This document shows positions 9,752-20,513 of a stretch of 50,086 bases of DNA, one piece after another. Both the position numbers and the translations under genes were made by a program. The notes under the pieces are model-generated. The model was not told the origin of the DNA. It did no database searches and saw only the letters and a program-made list of their open reading frames with translations. Numbering within the stretch: position 1 is the first letter of the stretch; each line of letters begins with the position of its first letter. Origin of the DNA: Promethearchaeota archaeon (GTDB lineage Archaea; Asgardarchaeota; Lokiarchaeia; Sigyniarchaeales; SOKP01); the NCBI GenBank assembly GCA_016930515.1, contig JAFGGO010000138.1, positions 1 to 50,086 on the forward strand, in the 5' to 3' direction.

Positions 9752-10015
9752 CTAGATGCTTTCTAATGTAAATAGCATCTCGTCGTGTGGAATGTAGAAT
9801 TTATCGTATTCTCTAATTACGATTGTTCTAAAATATTCTGAAAGTCCTAAGAAACCTTTAATAATTGATTCATCTTGTTCAAAAATGAAATTAATAGATA
9901 GATTTCCTTTTGACTTGATCTTTGACTTATGATAGATTCTATCATCAATGAGAGGAATCTTCATTTCCGCAATTAATTCGCACATTCTTTTAATGAAATA
10001 TTCTTTATTTCCCAC
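9752..10015 (-). CDS. Hypothetical protein
   Basis: 87-aa ORF with globular composition, co-oriented with neighbours. Confidence 0.6.
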   Translation of the reverse strand: MGNKEYFIKRMCELIAEMKIPLIDDRIYHKSKIKSKGNLSINFIFEQDESIIKGFLGLSEYFRTIVIREYDKFYIPHDEMLFTLESI

Positions 10016-10292
10016 TTGAACACATCTTTGTTTTTCTTTATCATTAAATGTTATTTACAATCCTCTTCCAATGTGAGCATGATCATTCAATAATATAAAT
10101 TGAAAAATAATAACAGTAAATCACATAATGGAAGTTTAAACCATACCTTCTTTTTGGTAGTAGTATAGAAACGATTTATGCAATATACGAAGATATGGGA
10201 ATGTCAAATCATGGTTAACTCTAAGTAACAAATAGTAATTTAACCTTTTAAGTCTTTACAGTAATGATTATAAAGGAAAAAAATAAAGATAT

Positions 10293-12335
10293 TCAAGTCT
10301 TTTTCTTTTCTTGAATAGCTTGCATTAACATTTCAATAATTTGGGTGATCCTTGGGACCATCAATGATGGATTGGGAAGATCCCCTTCTGAGAGAAGACA
10401 ATTTTCGAATAATTGCTCCACAACTACCTTGATATTCTCGTTTTCAGGTTCTTTGTCGTGAAGAGCGATGAGACCTTTCACAATGGGATGTTCTGGATTA
10501 AATTCAAAAATTTTCTGAGGTATTTGAAAATCTTTTCCTGCCTGCGTTGCTGTCCAGTATCTCATAGCTCGTTGCATGCTAGAAGTCATTCCTCCAGAAG
10601 GATTCGCTAGTCGACAAACATTATTGTATAGCCTATTGGAAGCTTTTGCATCAACAATCTTTTCGCCCAATATGGACTTCACTTTTTCAAGAAATTTCTT
10701 GAGGGGTTCGGGCAATTTAGCGTCCGATTCTTCCTTTTTTTCCTCCCCTTCCTTTGCGTCTTGAGCAGCTTTTTCGTCCTTAGAAGGTTCGGTAACATCA
10801 ATCGGAGTGAACTTGTATAGTATTGTTTTCTCCTCATCACCTTCAGCCACAGTTTTCTTGTAATCTCGAACATTCATCATGAGAAAATTGTCTATTGGCT
10901 CGTCAAAGAGTAAGACTTCGATGTTCTTTTCGTTGTAATATCCTAAATGAGGGGATAATTTCAAGGTATCCATATTTTCTCCGACCAAGTAAAATATTTC
11001 CTCTTGATCTTCTTGAAGAGCATCCACATACTGGTCGAGACTCTTATAATCGCCATCTTCGGTTTTTGAGGTTCTAAAACGAAGGTATTTCAGGAGCGTT
11101 TCCGACTTTACGGGATCCGTGACCACGCCTTCTTTTAGGTAAAAGCCGTATGTATGCCAGATTTTCTTATATTTTTCCGGGTCTTTTTCGATAATATTGT
11201 CGAATTCCCGGAGTACTTTCTTGACTAAAAGCTTCTCTATTTTCATCATGACTCTATTTACTTGAATCGTGTCCCTACTGATGTTTAGGGGGATATCATC
11301 GGAATCCACGATTCCCGTCACGAAGCGCAACCACTTGGGAATGACATCCTGGCAATTTTTCATGATCATCACATTTTTTGAGTAAAGCGTGAGACCATAC
11401 TCGTCTTCGGGTCTAATAAAGGAAAGCGAGCTCGCCTCGGGCACATAGAGAATGGAACGAAATTGAACCTTGCCATCCACCTTGTAGTTAATGACATGAA
11501 TGTAGTCGTCGTACCTATTTGAAATAAAGTGGTAAAATCCCTTATAATCCTCGTCAGTAACATCTTTTGGTGACCTTTTCCATAACGGTGCAAGCTCATT
11601 TACGGGTTTAGGCTCTTTTTCCTCTTCTTTCTCAGCCTTTTCCTCACCCTTGTCTTCTTTTTCCTCTTTTTTTTCTACCTCGGGTTCTATTTTTAGGACA
11701 TAGATCGGAAAGGAGACGTAATTAGAATATTTTTTCACGATGGACTCGATACGGAATTGGTCCAAATACTCGCTTTCGTCCTCTTTTAAGTATAATTTAA
11801 CTTCGGTTCCGCGAACTACTTTTTCGCTCGGTTCTATGGTAAAATCGCCCGTTCCCTCGGAAGCCCACATGTTCGCAGGTTCTTCCTTTACATGGCTTTT
11901 GGAAGTGACTTCGACCTTATCAGCCACCATAAATATGGAATAAAAACCAATTCCAAATTGTCCTATGATGTCGAGGTCAAGCTTTTCAAGTTCTGATTGC
12001 TGAGAAGCGTTTAATTGCTCTAAAAATTTTTGGGAACCGCTTCCAGCAATAATTCCCAAGTTATTAATAAGCTCGTCTTTTGTCATTCCTACTCCCGTAT
12101 CCCGCACTAAAAGCGTTTTATCTTCGGGATTGATGATTATCTCGATTTTAAGCTCCTCATCGGGACTTTGCAGATCTTTTTCGGTTAAAGAAATAAAATG
12201 AATTTTTTTCAGGGCATCGACCGAATTACTGACGAGTTCCCGCAAGAACACTTCCTTGTGCTGATATAAGGACTTGCTCAAGATGTCCAATAATTTCTTA
12301 ATTTCCGCTTTAAATTCGTATTTATTTCCTGTCAT
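10293..12335 (-). CDS. htpG: Molecular chaperone Hsp90/HtpG
   Basis: KEVFLRELVSNS, DTGVGM, IGQFGIGFYS and IPLNISRD motifs. Confidence 0.97.
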   Translation of the reverse strand: MTGNKYEFKAEIKKLLDILSKSLYQHKEVFLRELVSNSVDALKKIHFISLTEKDLQSPDEELKIEIIINPEDKTLLVRDTGVGMTKDELINNLGIIAGSGSQKFLEQLNASQQSELEKLDLDIIGQFGIGFYSIFMVADKVEVTSKSHVKEEPANMWASEGTGDFTIEPSEKVVRGTEVKLYLKEDESEYLDQFRIESIVKKYSNYVSFPIYVLKIEPEVEKKEEKEDKGEEKAEKEEEKEPKPVNELAPLWKRSPKDVTDEDYKGFYHFISNRYDDYIHVINYKVDGKVQFRSILYVPEASSLSFIRPEDEYGLTLYSKNVMIMKNCQDVIPKWLRFVTGIVDSDDIPLNISRDTIQVNRVMMKIEKLLVKKVLREFDNIIEKDPEKYKKIWHTYGFYLKEGVVTDPVKSETLLKYLRFRTSKTEDGDYKSLDQYVDALQEDQEEIFYLVGENMDTLKLSPHLGYYNEKNIEVLLFDEPIDNFLMMNVRDYKKTVAEGDEEKTILYKFTPIDVTEPSKDEKAAQDAKEGEEKKEESDAKLPEPLKKFLEKVKSILGEKIVDAKASNRLYNNVCRLANPSGGMTSSMQRAMRYWTATQAGKDFQIPQKIFEFNPEHPIVKGLIALHDKEPENENIKVVVEQLFENCLLSEGDLPNPSLMVPRITQIIEMLMQAIQEKKKT

Positions 12336-12600
12336 AATAACATCACTTTTGTTAATTTAATTAATTTCTATGACTTCAAAACCTGAACTGAATTTAAATT
12401 TAATGAAACTATCTGAGAATTAGAAGTTATTAAAAGCTATAATAGAGATTGCATAGAAATGTTTAAAATTCAGTATATGAATAATTATAGATTTTCCATC
12501 TCTGTATTAAACTTGGTTGTATTTTAAACGATGAAAAGTAGTGAAAAAACAAGTCCAAAATACCCAAAAAAAAAATTCACGGAAAAATTAAGGAGTGATA

Positions 12601-13512
12601 TTATCTTACTAACTGAATTGCCTTGTTAAAGATTGTCTTTTTATCAGTCTTTATCGTTCTAGCTTTGCCGCTTACATTGCTTTCGTATTGCGATAATTGA
12701 TTTTTGAGATCTTCTGCTAAATTTCCCAATCTTTTAGCTGTCGTTGACACTTCTTGCATCGAAGACGTCTGTTCTTCTGCAGAAGAGCTAATTTCTTCTA
12801 TTGCAGCGTATGTCGATTGGATCTTATCGACTATTTCGTTGATTTTTTGACCCGTTCCCAATACGGCGTTTCTTGATTCTTCTGCCAACTTTCTAACTTC
12901 TTCTGCAACAACGGAAAACCCTCTGCCGTGTTCTCCTGCGCGTCCAGCTTCGATGCTAGCGTTTAATGCTAATAAGTTAGTTTGTTCTGCGATTCTAGTT
13001 ATGATGGCCATAATTTTTTGTATCTCCTCTGAAGATGCCATGATCGCCGTAGAATCACTAGCTATATCTTGCATTGTGGATGTTATTTCTTCAGAGGCAG
13101 CGTTAACTTCAGCAGAACTTGCAGCTAATTCAGTTGCCATGTTAGCAACATTTACAGAATTATCCGAAGATTGATGAAGCACTTGAACAAGTGCTTCGCT
13201 TTTCTCAATTACTATTTTGACATTATAACGAATAGCAACCAATACTGTACCTCCAGCCAATGGAAATAAAACGATCACTGCAATCCACGAGTTATTGAAT
13301 GTTCCCACTAATGCGACGATTCCAAGGGCAGTAAAGGAAAGTGTAAAACCCATTGCCATTGCTAACTTAAAATAAAGCTTGTTTTTCATCCTACCATAAC
13401 ATCTATAAAAATAAACCAGTAAAATTCCCATCATAATTACAGAAAAGATCAAGTAATTGAGATTATTATTATATCCCTCAGCATTCCATAACTCTATCGC
13501 TTGAAATATGAT
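12601..13512 (-). CDS. Methyl-accepting chemotaxis-type receptor with three TM helices
   Basis: [40 protein letters not shown] signalling hairpin. The frame is open to ATC at 13512 behind a GGTGA RBS (ORF track start 13452). Confidence 0.9.
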   Translation of the reverse strand: MIFQAIELWNAEGYNNNLNYLIFSVIMMGILLVYFYRCYGRMKNKLYFKLAMAMGFTLSFTALGIVALVGTFNNSWIAVIVLFPLAGGTVLVAIRYNVKIVIEKSEALVQVLHQSSDNSVNVANMATELAASSAEVNAASEEITSTMQDIASDSTAIMASSEEIQKIMAIITRIAEQTNLLALNASIEAGRAGEHGRGFSVVAEEVRKLAEESRNAVLGTGQKINEIVDKIQSTYAAIEEISSSAEEQTSSMQEVSTTAKRLGNLAEDLKNQLSQYESNVSGKARTIKTDKKTIFNKAIQLVR

Positions 13513-13684
13513 TTATATCACCATGGATTTCTTATTGAGCATTACGATTTTTTTTACATATACATGCAATTAACAAAACTGTATAAAAACTGATATATAA
13601 ATCTTTCTACAAAACGACATAGCTTTCGACCGTTTTGCCTTGATAAATAAAAGAAAAAAATATAAAAAATACCTTCAAATGCTT

Positions 13685-14578
13685 TCAACTCTCGCTGCGA
13701 ACGATTTCAAAGATCTTTTTCGCAAATTCTGGTTGATAATCCATCAAGGCCTTGGCTTTTGTCGTCATAATCCTGAATTTCACGGTAATTTCGAAACCAA
13801 GATCCATTATGTGAAATCTCGGTTTGAATCCGAACTTGTTCTTATATTCAACGCATACCTTGTCGGTTTTATCGACGAGAATTCTAAATCGCTTGATTGG
13901 ATATTTAATTGAAAAATTGTACATGTGTACTATTTTATTTTCGTCTTGATTGATATTTTCGTGGAATAATTTGAGCTCTTTTTCTTCTTCATCGATGGAA
14001 TTGAACAAGTATCCCCCAAGATGTCCTCTTCCCTTGTATTGTGGGATGATAACCTGTTTTTTAAATCTAATGTAACTTTTCGTGTATTTAATCTTTTTCG
14101 TGTAATTCAAAATACTCGAATTCATTATGTCCTTGTTAGCGATATCAACCTTTACATTGTCAAACGTATCGAGAACCACTCTCGTCAATGTTATTGAGAG
14201 TACAACGCCTTTATATCCCTTGATTTTTACGATATCTCCAATGTCGAGCGGATCGATGACGAAAAGGAGAATGCCAGCCATAAAATTAGCAAAAATCTCG
14301 CTTGATACAAAGGCTAACGCAGTACTAATGGAACCTGTTAATATTGCTTGGTATTCTGCAGGTATATTGTTAAAAGAAGGAAAGCCTTCAATGATGAGGT
14401 AAGCAATGATAAAGATTGAAAGAATTCTAAGGATGAATTTTGTTAAATTTTTTTGTTTCATTGGTATTTTTTTGAATGCTTGAAGGAATAGACCGATTAC
14501 TTTATTTATCACATATAAGCCTATAACAATCAGTAGAATGAATAGAGCTGCAATGAGGTCGTTTTGAAAAAGCGCCAT
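13685..14578 (-). CDS. MscS-family mechanosensitive channel-like protein
   Basis: TM helices, then IFANFMAGILLFVIDPLDIGDIVKIKGYKGVV...IANKDI. Confidence 0.85.
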   Translation of the reverse strand: MALFQNDLIAALFILLIVIGLYVINKVIGLFLQAFKKIPMKQKNLTKFILRILSIFIIAYLIIEGFPSFNNIPAEYQAILTGSISTALAFVSSEIFANFMAGILLFVIDPLDIGDIVKIKGYKGVVLSITLTRVVLDTFDNVKVDIANKDIMNSSILNYTKKIKYTKSYIRFKKQVIIPQYKGRGHLGGYLFNSIDEEEKELKLFHENINQDENKIVHMYNFSIKYPIKRFRILVDKTDKVCVEYKNKFGFKPRFHIMDLGFEITVKFRIMTTKAKALMDYQPEFAKKIFEIVRSES

Positions 14579-15537
14579 TAGGAATGATTCACCTCGTAAT
14601 GTAATTCAATGGTTTCATTTGTTTTTTTATATTCATCCCATCCTTCGTAAATCTCTTCAGAATACAGTTCAAACGCAAAATCTCTCAAAAACGCATCCAA
14701 ATTATCCATAAGAACTTGTGGAATTGTGGTAGTAATATACAGGTTTAGTTTCACGCGGCCCCATGCCATCGTATCTATTGCGTAATCTGGACGGGAACCA
14801 AAGACCTTTTCGTATTTATCTGCAACTTTAGTCAACGCATTATCAAGCCTCCTTGAATCGACCGTACCAATTAATTCGATCGGTTTTATATATTTTGTGA
14901 TTTTTTTTTCAATGTTCATTATCTTTTTAAATCTTTTTAAATATCGCTTATAGGCTTTCTTATCTTGTTTAATATCCTCTAATTGGATGTTCTCTAAAGA
15001 TGTTAAGCGTTTATGAGTAAATTTAACCATAGTTGATCCAAAGATGCTGCTATTAGGAATGATGGTTCTTGTACCGTCAAATTCCTCTATTATCGAATGA
15101 TTTAGTGTTATTTCTCTTATTATTCCCTGAATGCCATTAGTTTCAATTAAATCACCAATGGTAAACTGCTCTACAGCGAGCATATAGGCTCCAGAAGCAA
15201 TGTTATTTATGATGGTCCTGAACGTGAACGAGATCGTGACGACCAAGAAGGAAACGAGAGCAACAAAGTAAGCGGCTGAGATTGCCAAGATTAACCACAA
15301 CAAAAACATTGTAAAGATTATATTTAATACAATTGAGATAAAAGTTCTATACATTTGCTTCCTGAAAAAATACGCTAAAAAGGCTTTTAGAGGCTTTCGA
15401 CCGATAAAGATTGCAATGTTCATATTGATAAGGTTGATAATTAATGGGTCCCACTCATCTACTGCAAAGAGCAAAATTGCAAATACCACTCCAATCAAGC
15501 AGGCATATAAAATGAGATTATAATATATTTTTTTCAT
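14578..15537 (-). CDS. MscS-family mechanosensitive channel-like protein
   Basis: IINNIASGAYML...FTIGDLIETNGIQGIIREITL...IIPNS; stop overlaps the start of the next gene by 1 nt. Confidence 0.85.
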   Translation of the reverse strand: MKKIYYNLILYACLIGVVFAILLFAVDEWDPLIINLINMNIAIFIGRKPLKAFLAYFFRKQMYRTFISIVLNIIFTMFLLWLILAISAAYFVALVSFLVVTISFTFRTIINNIASGAYMLAVEQFTIGDLIETNGIQGIIREITLNHSIIEEFDGTRTIIPNSSIFGSTMVKFTHKRLTSLENIQLEDIKQDKKAYKRYLKRFKKIMNIEKKITKYIKPIELIGTVDSRRLDNALTKVADKYEKVFGSRPDYAIDTMAWGRVKLNLYITTTIPQVLMDNLDAFLRDFAFELYSEEIYEGWDEYKKTNETIELHYEVNHS

Positions 15538-15618
15538 AAGTTACATTGAGGAAGGGTACTTTATAAAATTTTTAATAAAAATTCATAAGCTTCCACCTCG
15601 GTCTCTTTTGGATATAAC

Positions 15619-16848
15619 CTACTTAATTTTTGGGGGGATTTTTTTTACTTCGATGGCTAGCTCTTTTCCAAGGTTTTCGCCTCGTTCGCATTGTTCTTGG
15701 CTCGGATGTCCTTGAAAAACGAGCGGTTCGAATAAGTCCCAGTTCATATTTTCAGATATTTTTTCAAAATCTTTTAAAGCGCCACCACTCCATCCGTAGG
15801 AGCCAAAATATAATGCTTTTTTGAAACGAACGCTTTTTTTCTTCATTAGATCCATCGCATATTTCATTGGAGGAAACATTCCATATTCGTAGGTTGGGCA
15901 TCCAATCACGAGACCTGCAGATTTGAAAGCATCTGAAAGGATAAAGGAAGGATCTTCGTTCGGAACTCGATGAATATGAACTGAAACGCCCTCGCTAGCT
16001 ATACCTTTCAATATTGAGTTTAACATTACTTCGGTATTGCCATACATGCTACCCCAAACCACGCAAATTTCGGGTTCAGCAAAATCCTTGTTGTAATTGG
16101 AATATCTAATATATTTATTAATTATTTCGCGAGGGTTTCCTCTCCAAACTAATCCATGAGAAGGAGCAATCACCTCAGTCTTGAAACCTTCCAAGTCCTT
16201 GATCGCTTTAAGTACGCTGCTCGAAAACATGGCAATGATGTTTGCATAATAACGCAGGGTTTCTTCTTCCCAATAATCCTCGTAAGTGCCAGGCATTTCG
16301 TCGTCAAAAATGCTCCCTTGATGGACACCAAAGGCACCAAAAGCGTCTCCAGTAAATAAAACCTTCGAATCTGTTTCGTAGGTAGCCATGGTTTCAGGCC
16401 AATGAACATTAGGAATTTCGGTAAACACTAATTTTTTTCCCTTGCCCAAGTCCAGCTCATCTCCCGTCTTGACCTCTACAATATTTTTGTCAATACCGTA
16501 AAAACCATTCAGGAGTCTCGCACCTTTTTCTGTAGTGTAAAATTTAGCATTTGGCGCAATCGAATCTGATAAATAAGCCAACCCAGTATGGTCGGGTTCA
16601 AGATGGTTAAGGACAACATAATCAATGTCGCTTGGAGATATCTCAAGAGAACGCAGATTTTCAATTAAAATATGCGACGCACCCCCCCACTCTCTTACAA
16701 GTTCCACAACGGCCGTTTTCTCTCCCTTAACAAGGTAGGAATTTAATGCAACCCCGTGTGGTAATGGCCATATACCTTCGAACAGATCTTCCGTATGAAC
16801 ATTCGCACCTATCCAATATACATCTTTTGCTATTTTCATTGCTTTCAT
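15619..16848 (-). CDS. fprA: Flavodiiron protein (A-type flavoprotein; O2/NO reductase)
   Basis: NHLEPDH, VHWPET, FTGDAFG, APSHG, and flavodoxin SMYGNT and FGSYGWSGG motifs. Confidence 0.95.
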   Translation of the reverse strand: MKAMKIAKDVYWIGANVHTEDLFEGIWPLPHGVALNSYLVKGEKTAVVELVREWGGASHILIENLRSLEISPSDIDYVVLNHLEPDHTGLAYLSDSIAPNAKFYTTEKGARLLNGFYGIDKNIVEVKTGDELDLGKGKKLVFTEIPNVHWPETMATYETDSKVLFTGDAFGAFGVHQGSIFDDEMPGTYEDYWEEETLRYYANIIAMFSSSVLKAIKDLEGFKTEVIAPSHGLVWRGNPREIINKYIRYSNYNKDFAEPEICVVWGSMYGNTEVMLNSILKGIASEGVSVHIHRVPNEDPSFILSDAFKSAGLVIGCPTYEYGMFPPMKYAMDLMKKKSVRFKKALYFGSYGWSGGALKDFEKISENMNWDLFEPLVFQGHPSQEQCERGENLGKELAIEVKKIPPKIK

Positions 16849-16985
16849 TTCTATAATCAGGCTTTAAAATTTTTTTAACAATAAGAACCCATTCATTATA
16901 ATTTAAATGTGTTGAAACTCTAAATCTAAACTACTATTTTAATAACATTAAAAAAACTTCAAGTAAGAAAGAAAATCATTATAAA

Positions 16986-17642
16986 TTAATAGAGAGGTGA
17001 GCGGATTTTTTCCCTTTCAGTTATTGCTATAGCTAATTCTTTTTTAAAATCCGCAAGTTTATTTTGTAAGGTTGTAATTTCAGCATATTTTTTATGCAAT
17101 TCCTCGTCGAGTTGCTTTATTTTAGCTTGCCTATCTTCGTATTCATTTTTCACTCGGGAACATTTTATCTCAGGAGCGTCATTGTTAACGAGTTTCACGT
17201 ATTTATGTTGAAATTTACTTAGTTCAGTCCTTGCTTTCACTTTATTAAGCCTTATTCGATAAATTCCCAAGCGTTCGCCTGCAATTGCCATCTCTATCGA
17301 GGATATTTTTTTGTGAACTTCTGCAATTTTTTTTTGAGCTAATGATACTTTTTTATTGTAGATTGCTTGGTTTTCTTCGTATTTTAAATTATCCTCAGAA
17401 AGATTTAATAAAGATTTGAGTTTTTCTTTTTCCACGAGAAAATTCTTGGATTTTTGAGCGTAATTTTCTCGTATTTCGGCCAGTTCGAGTTCGTTTTTAA
17501 CTAAATTTTCTCTAGCTTTAGCTTTCTTGATTTCTTTTTGAGCAAAATTCTTGGAATCTTCTAAAAGCTTTTTTTCGTTTTCTGCGAGAATTAAGTTTTC
17601 ATTCGCAATTTTTTCTAAATTATCGGTATCTTCCATCATCAT
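16986..17642 (-). CDS. Coiled-coil hypothetical protein
   Basis: K/E-rich heptad pattern along nearly the whole length. Confidence 0.7.
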   Translation of the reverse strand: MMMEDTDNLEKIANENLILAENEKKLLEDSKNFAQKEIKKAKARENLVKNELELAEIRENYAQKSKNFLVEKEKLKSLLNLSEDNLKYEENQAIYNKKVSLAQKKIAEVHKKISSIEMAIAGERLGIYRIRLNKVKARTELSKFQHKYVKLVNNDAPEIKCSRVKNEYEDRQAKIKQLDEELHKKYAEITTLQNKLADFKKELAIAITEREKIRSPLY

Positions 17643-17768
17643 TGTTGCATCATTTTTTTATTAAGTATTACGAATATTAAAATCTGTGGTGATTTGAAAA
17701 AAAAAAAATAGAAAAATATTATCCGAATTATTTCAGAATCGATATTTTAAAACATCAGTTTTTTAAAC

Positions 17769-19394
17769 TTGAAGCTCCATTATTGTACTAGACATCTATT
17801 AGATATACATTTTCGTTCGGGTAAGACGCAATTGAATCATAAACGAGAAATCTTAGATAAGCAAAAAAGCTCTAAATGGACGAAATCCTCGTCTATCAAG
17901 CGGCACGACCTGTACAATTTTGAATCGAAAATCGATTATCGATACTCATTAGAAAGACCACACGACAAGAGAAAAACCTCTTATTTGATGGATATGTATT
18001 TTTTCGTTCCGCAGGCGCTTCAAATCAATAAAGAAAAATACAGTAAAACCCAATTTTACTCGGATTTGAACAACAAAATCAGATTTAAAACTCCACAGAT
18101 GTCGATCAAGGGAATTTTAGACCAAAAAAATGATTTATCGCCTCTTAATGTAATAAAAGAAAACTTGGAAAAAATAGAATTTGGAGATAATCGAATATTT
18201 CTTGTAAAAACAATAACCAGGGAATTGAAACTCTTGGCGAGCATAGTAAAAACAACATTGAGAGATGAATACGATTTTTTAGTTGATTATTGCAAATATA
18301 ATTCAAAACCTGACGATATTTCGACCACTGTTCAACGAGATTTGGATAAACTCCAGCAATTTAAAGAAGAAATGAGATCAATAGGAAGGAGATTAGCAAA
18401 AATTCAAGTACCCGTAGAATTAAAAGATGCTTTTATGTATTCAAGCGAATATATAAGCTTACAATTAGAAAAATGGTCTAATCACATATTATTAGAATTA
18501 AATAAGCAATTAATTCCCAACATAAAGGGATTGATAATAAACTTCATAGAAGACGAGCAATCGTACCGAGCTTCGTTAAATAGCAAGCTAATCATCCTTG
18601 AAGGATCAAGTAACGAAGAATACTCTTATTTCGAGGGAATAACAAAAAAATATGTTCAGTCCGTATTATACTTGATAAAAAAGAAAAAAGATCCTCAATC
18701 TTCATCGATCCAACTTTTTTACTCTATTGCCGCTGGTTTAGCCATGTTCATGTCTTTATTTTTAGGTTTCTTGCTTCTCGCTAATTTTGAGGAGAACTCC
18801 TTTCCATTTATTATTGGAGCGATCATCATTTATATGCTCAAGGATCGAATAAAAGACGCCATTAAAGGCATGGCACAAAAAGCAGCTAGCTTCTTGTTTC
18901 CGGACAGACGAGTTGATATCATAGATGGATTCTACGGTGAAAAAATAGGGGAAAGCAAGGAAAAAGTAGGTTTCACCGACCACGACAAGATTCCGCAGGA
19001 AATACTCATGATCCGCCAATCCAGCAACAAGGACTCCATCGAAACCGAAGGTAAGCCCGAAGAATGCATTCTTTTCAGAAAAAAGATCGATCTTTACAAA
19101 AAAACAATCGATAAATTACACACGAGAAGAAAGGATATTTCAGATATTACAAGGTTCAATATCTATAATTTTTTACGTTACGCAGATGATCCACAAGAAC
19201 AAGTTCTCTATTGGAATCGCTCGGAACAATTGTTAAAATCAATGAAAATTTCCAAGGAATATCATGTGAACATCGTAATAAAAATGACTACATTTCAAGA
19301 AAAAAGCAATATTAACGTGTATTATAAAAAATATAGGATTGTTCTCGATCAACAAGGTATCAAGCGAGTGAAAGAGCTTGATTTTACTTTATAG
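17769..19394 (+). CDS. Hypothetical membrane protein (two TM helices after a large soluble domain)
   Basis: 541-aa ORF with hydrophobic hairpin LFYSIAAGLAMFMSLF...FPFIIGAIIIYML; start uncertain. Confidence 0.75.
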   Translation: MKLHYCTRHLLDIHFRSGKTQLNHKREILDKQKSSKWTKSSSIKRHDLYNFESKIDYRYSLERPHDKRKTSYLMDMYFFVPQALQINKEKYSKTQFYSDLNNKIRFKTPQMSIKGILDQKNDLSPLNVIKENLEKIEFGDNRIFLVKTITRELKLLASIVKTTLRDEYDFLVDYCKYNSKPDDISTTVQRDLDKLQQFKEEMRSIGRRLAKIQVPVELKDAFMYSSEYISLQLEKWSNHILLELNKQLIPNIKGLIINFIEDEQSYRASLNSKLIILEGSSNEEYSYFEGITKKYVQSVLYLIKKKKDPQSSSIQLFYSIAAGLAMFMSLFLGFLLLANFEENSFPFIIGAIIIYMLKDRIKDAIKGMAQKAASFLFPDRRVDIIDGFYGEKIGESKEKVGFTDHDKIPQEILMIRQSSNKDSIETEGKPEECILFRKKIDLYKKTIDKLHTRRKDISDITRFNIYNFLRYADDPQEQVLYWNRSEQLLKSMKISKEYHVNIVIKMTTFQEKSNINVYYKKYRIVLDQQGIKRVKELDFTL

Positions 19395-19473
19395 CCTATT
19401 ATATTAATCTCATAGGTTTTCACTTGATTTAATTTCGGTCTTTATCTAAAATGCTTTTACTTAAAAAAGAATT

Positions 19474-19719
19474 CTATTCTTCTGAGCCAGAAAAATAATC
19501 TTCGTAAGCCTTTCTATATTCAGAAGAATAGTTGTTTTTCCGAGGGTTAGTTTTTAAAACATAAGGAGTTAAATCGGATTCTTCTGGCTTCATAACTTTT
19601 ATCATCATATAATCTTCTTTTTGATCTAATTTAACTTCAAAAAACATATTACAGGTTTTGCAATAAAGTTTCTTATTTTTCGACATTATCATATTTTCAC
19701 ATTCGGGACAAAATTTCAT
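19474..19719 (-). CDS. TFS/RpoM-like N-terminal zinc ribbon protein lacking the C-terminal ribbon
   Basis: MKFCPECENMIM...LYCKTC; no second CxxC pair and no RSADE motif. Confidence 0.7.
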   Translation of the reverse strand: MKFCPECENMIMSKNKKLYCKTCNMFFEVKLDQKEDYMMIKVMKPEESDLTPYVLKTNPRKNNYSSEYRKAYEDYFSGSEE

Positions 19720-20045
19720 AATTTTTTAACCTCGTATATCTATAATTGGTTTGATCCATTCTGCACTTTAATTGTTTTACGAGATCGTATTAATATGAGT
19801 CAACATCTTTATTTAAGCCCTATTCAAGATTGTTTTTTAATATCTGCATTTTTTTTACGAAAAGAATGAATCTACCATGATTTAATTATTCTCGCGAATA
19901 TTTAAGCTTTATTACATCTTAATAGGAGGTAGGAAAAATGATTAAATAACTTATTTAAAGGTCTAAAACAAAGCAAAATTATAATATTGTAAATGTCAAT
20001 TAATTTATTTCGCCATAATATTACTAATAAATATATTAATTAAAT

Positions 20046-20498
20046 TTGATTCAAGTGAAAGAAAATTCTATTAAATTAGAGAAACGGATAGAAATGTACG
20101 TGGACGGTGCATCTAGAGGCAACCCTGGACCGTCTGCTTATGCTTTTATACTCATTAAAGAAAAAGTTGGAGAAATTCACCAAGGATATGGCTATATAGG
20201 AAATCAAACAAACAATATTGCGGAATACACAGCTATTATTAATGGTCTCAAGGTAGCAGTTAAATTCACTACCGAGGTGCTCAAAGTTTATTCCGATAGC
20301 GCTTTAGTAGTGAAACAACTTAACAAGCAATACCAAGTAAAGGCAAGACATATATCCGTCCTTTACGCAGAAGTTATAAAACTCATAAAGAACTTCAAGA
20401 GCGTAGAAATCATGCACGTGAAAAGAAACCATCAATACATTAAGAAATGCGATTATTTGTGTAATAAGTGCTTGGACGAACAAAATATAAAATCCTAA
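20046..20498 (+). CDS. rnhA: Ribonuclease HI
   Basis: YVDGASRGNPG, TNNIAEY, YSDSALVVKQ and HVKR...CDYLCN motifs. Confidence 0.93.
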   Translation: MIQVKENSIKLEKRIEMYVDGASRGNPGPSAYAFILIKEKVGEIHQGYGYIGNQTNNIAEYTAIINGLKVAVKFTTEVLKVYSDSALVVKQLNKQYQVKARHISVLYAEVIKLIKNFKSVEIMHVKRNHQYIKKCDYLCNKCLDEQNIKS

Positions 20499-20513
20499 AC
20501 TCACCTGATTATG

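Noticed and set aside
10413-11943. Short antisense and alternate-frame ORFs inside htpG (and similar ones inside other long genes)
   Set aside because: Shadow ORFs within well-supported genes, with no recognisable motifs.
16986-17642. ESCRT-III/PspA or SMC-like identity for the coiled-coil protein
   Set aside because: Only a generic heptad pattern is visible, with no family-specific motif.
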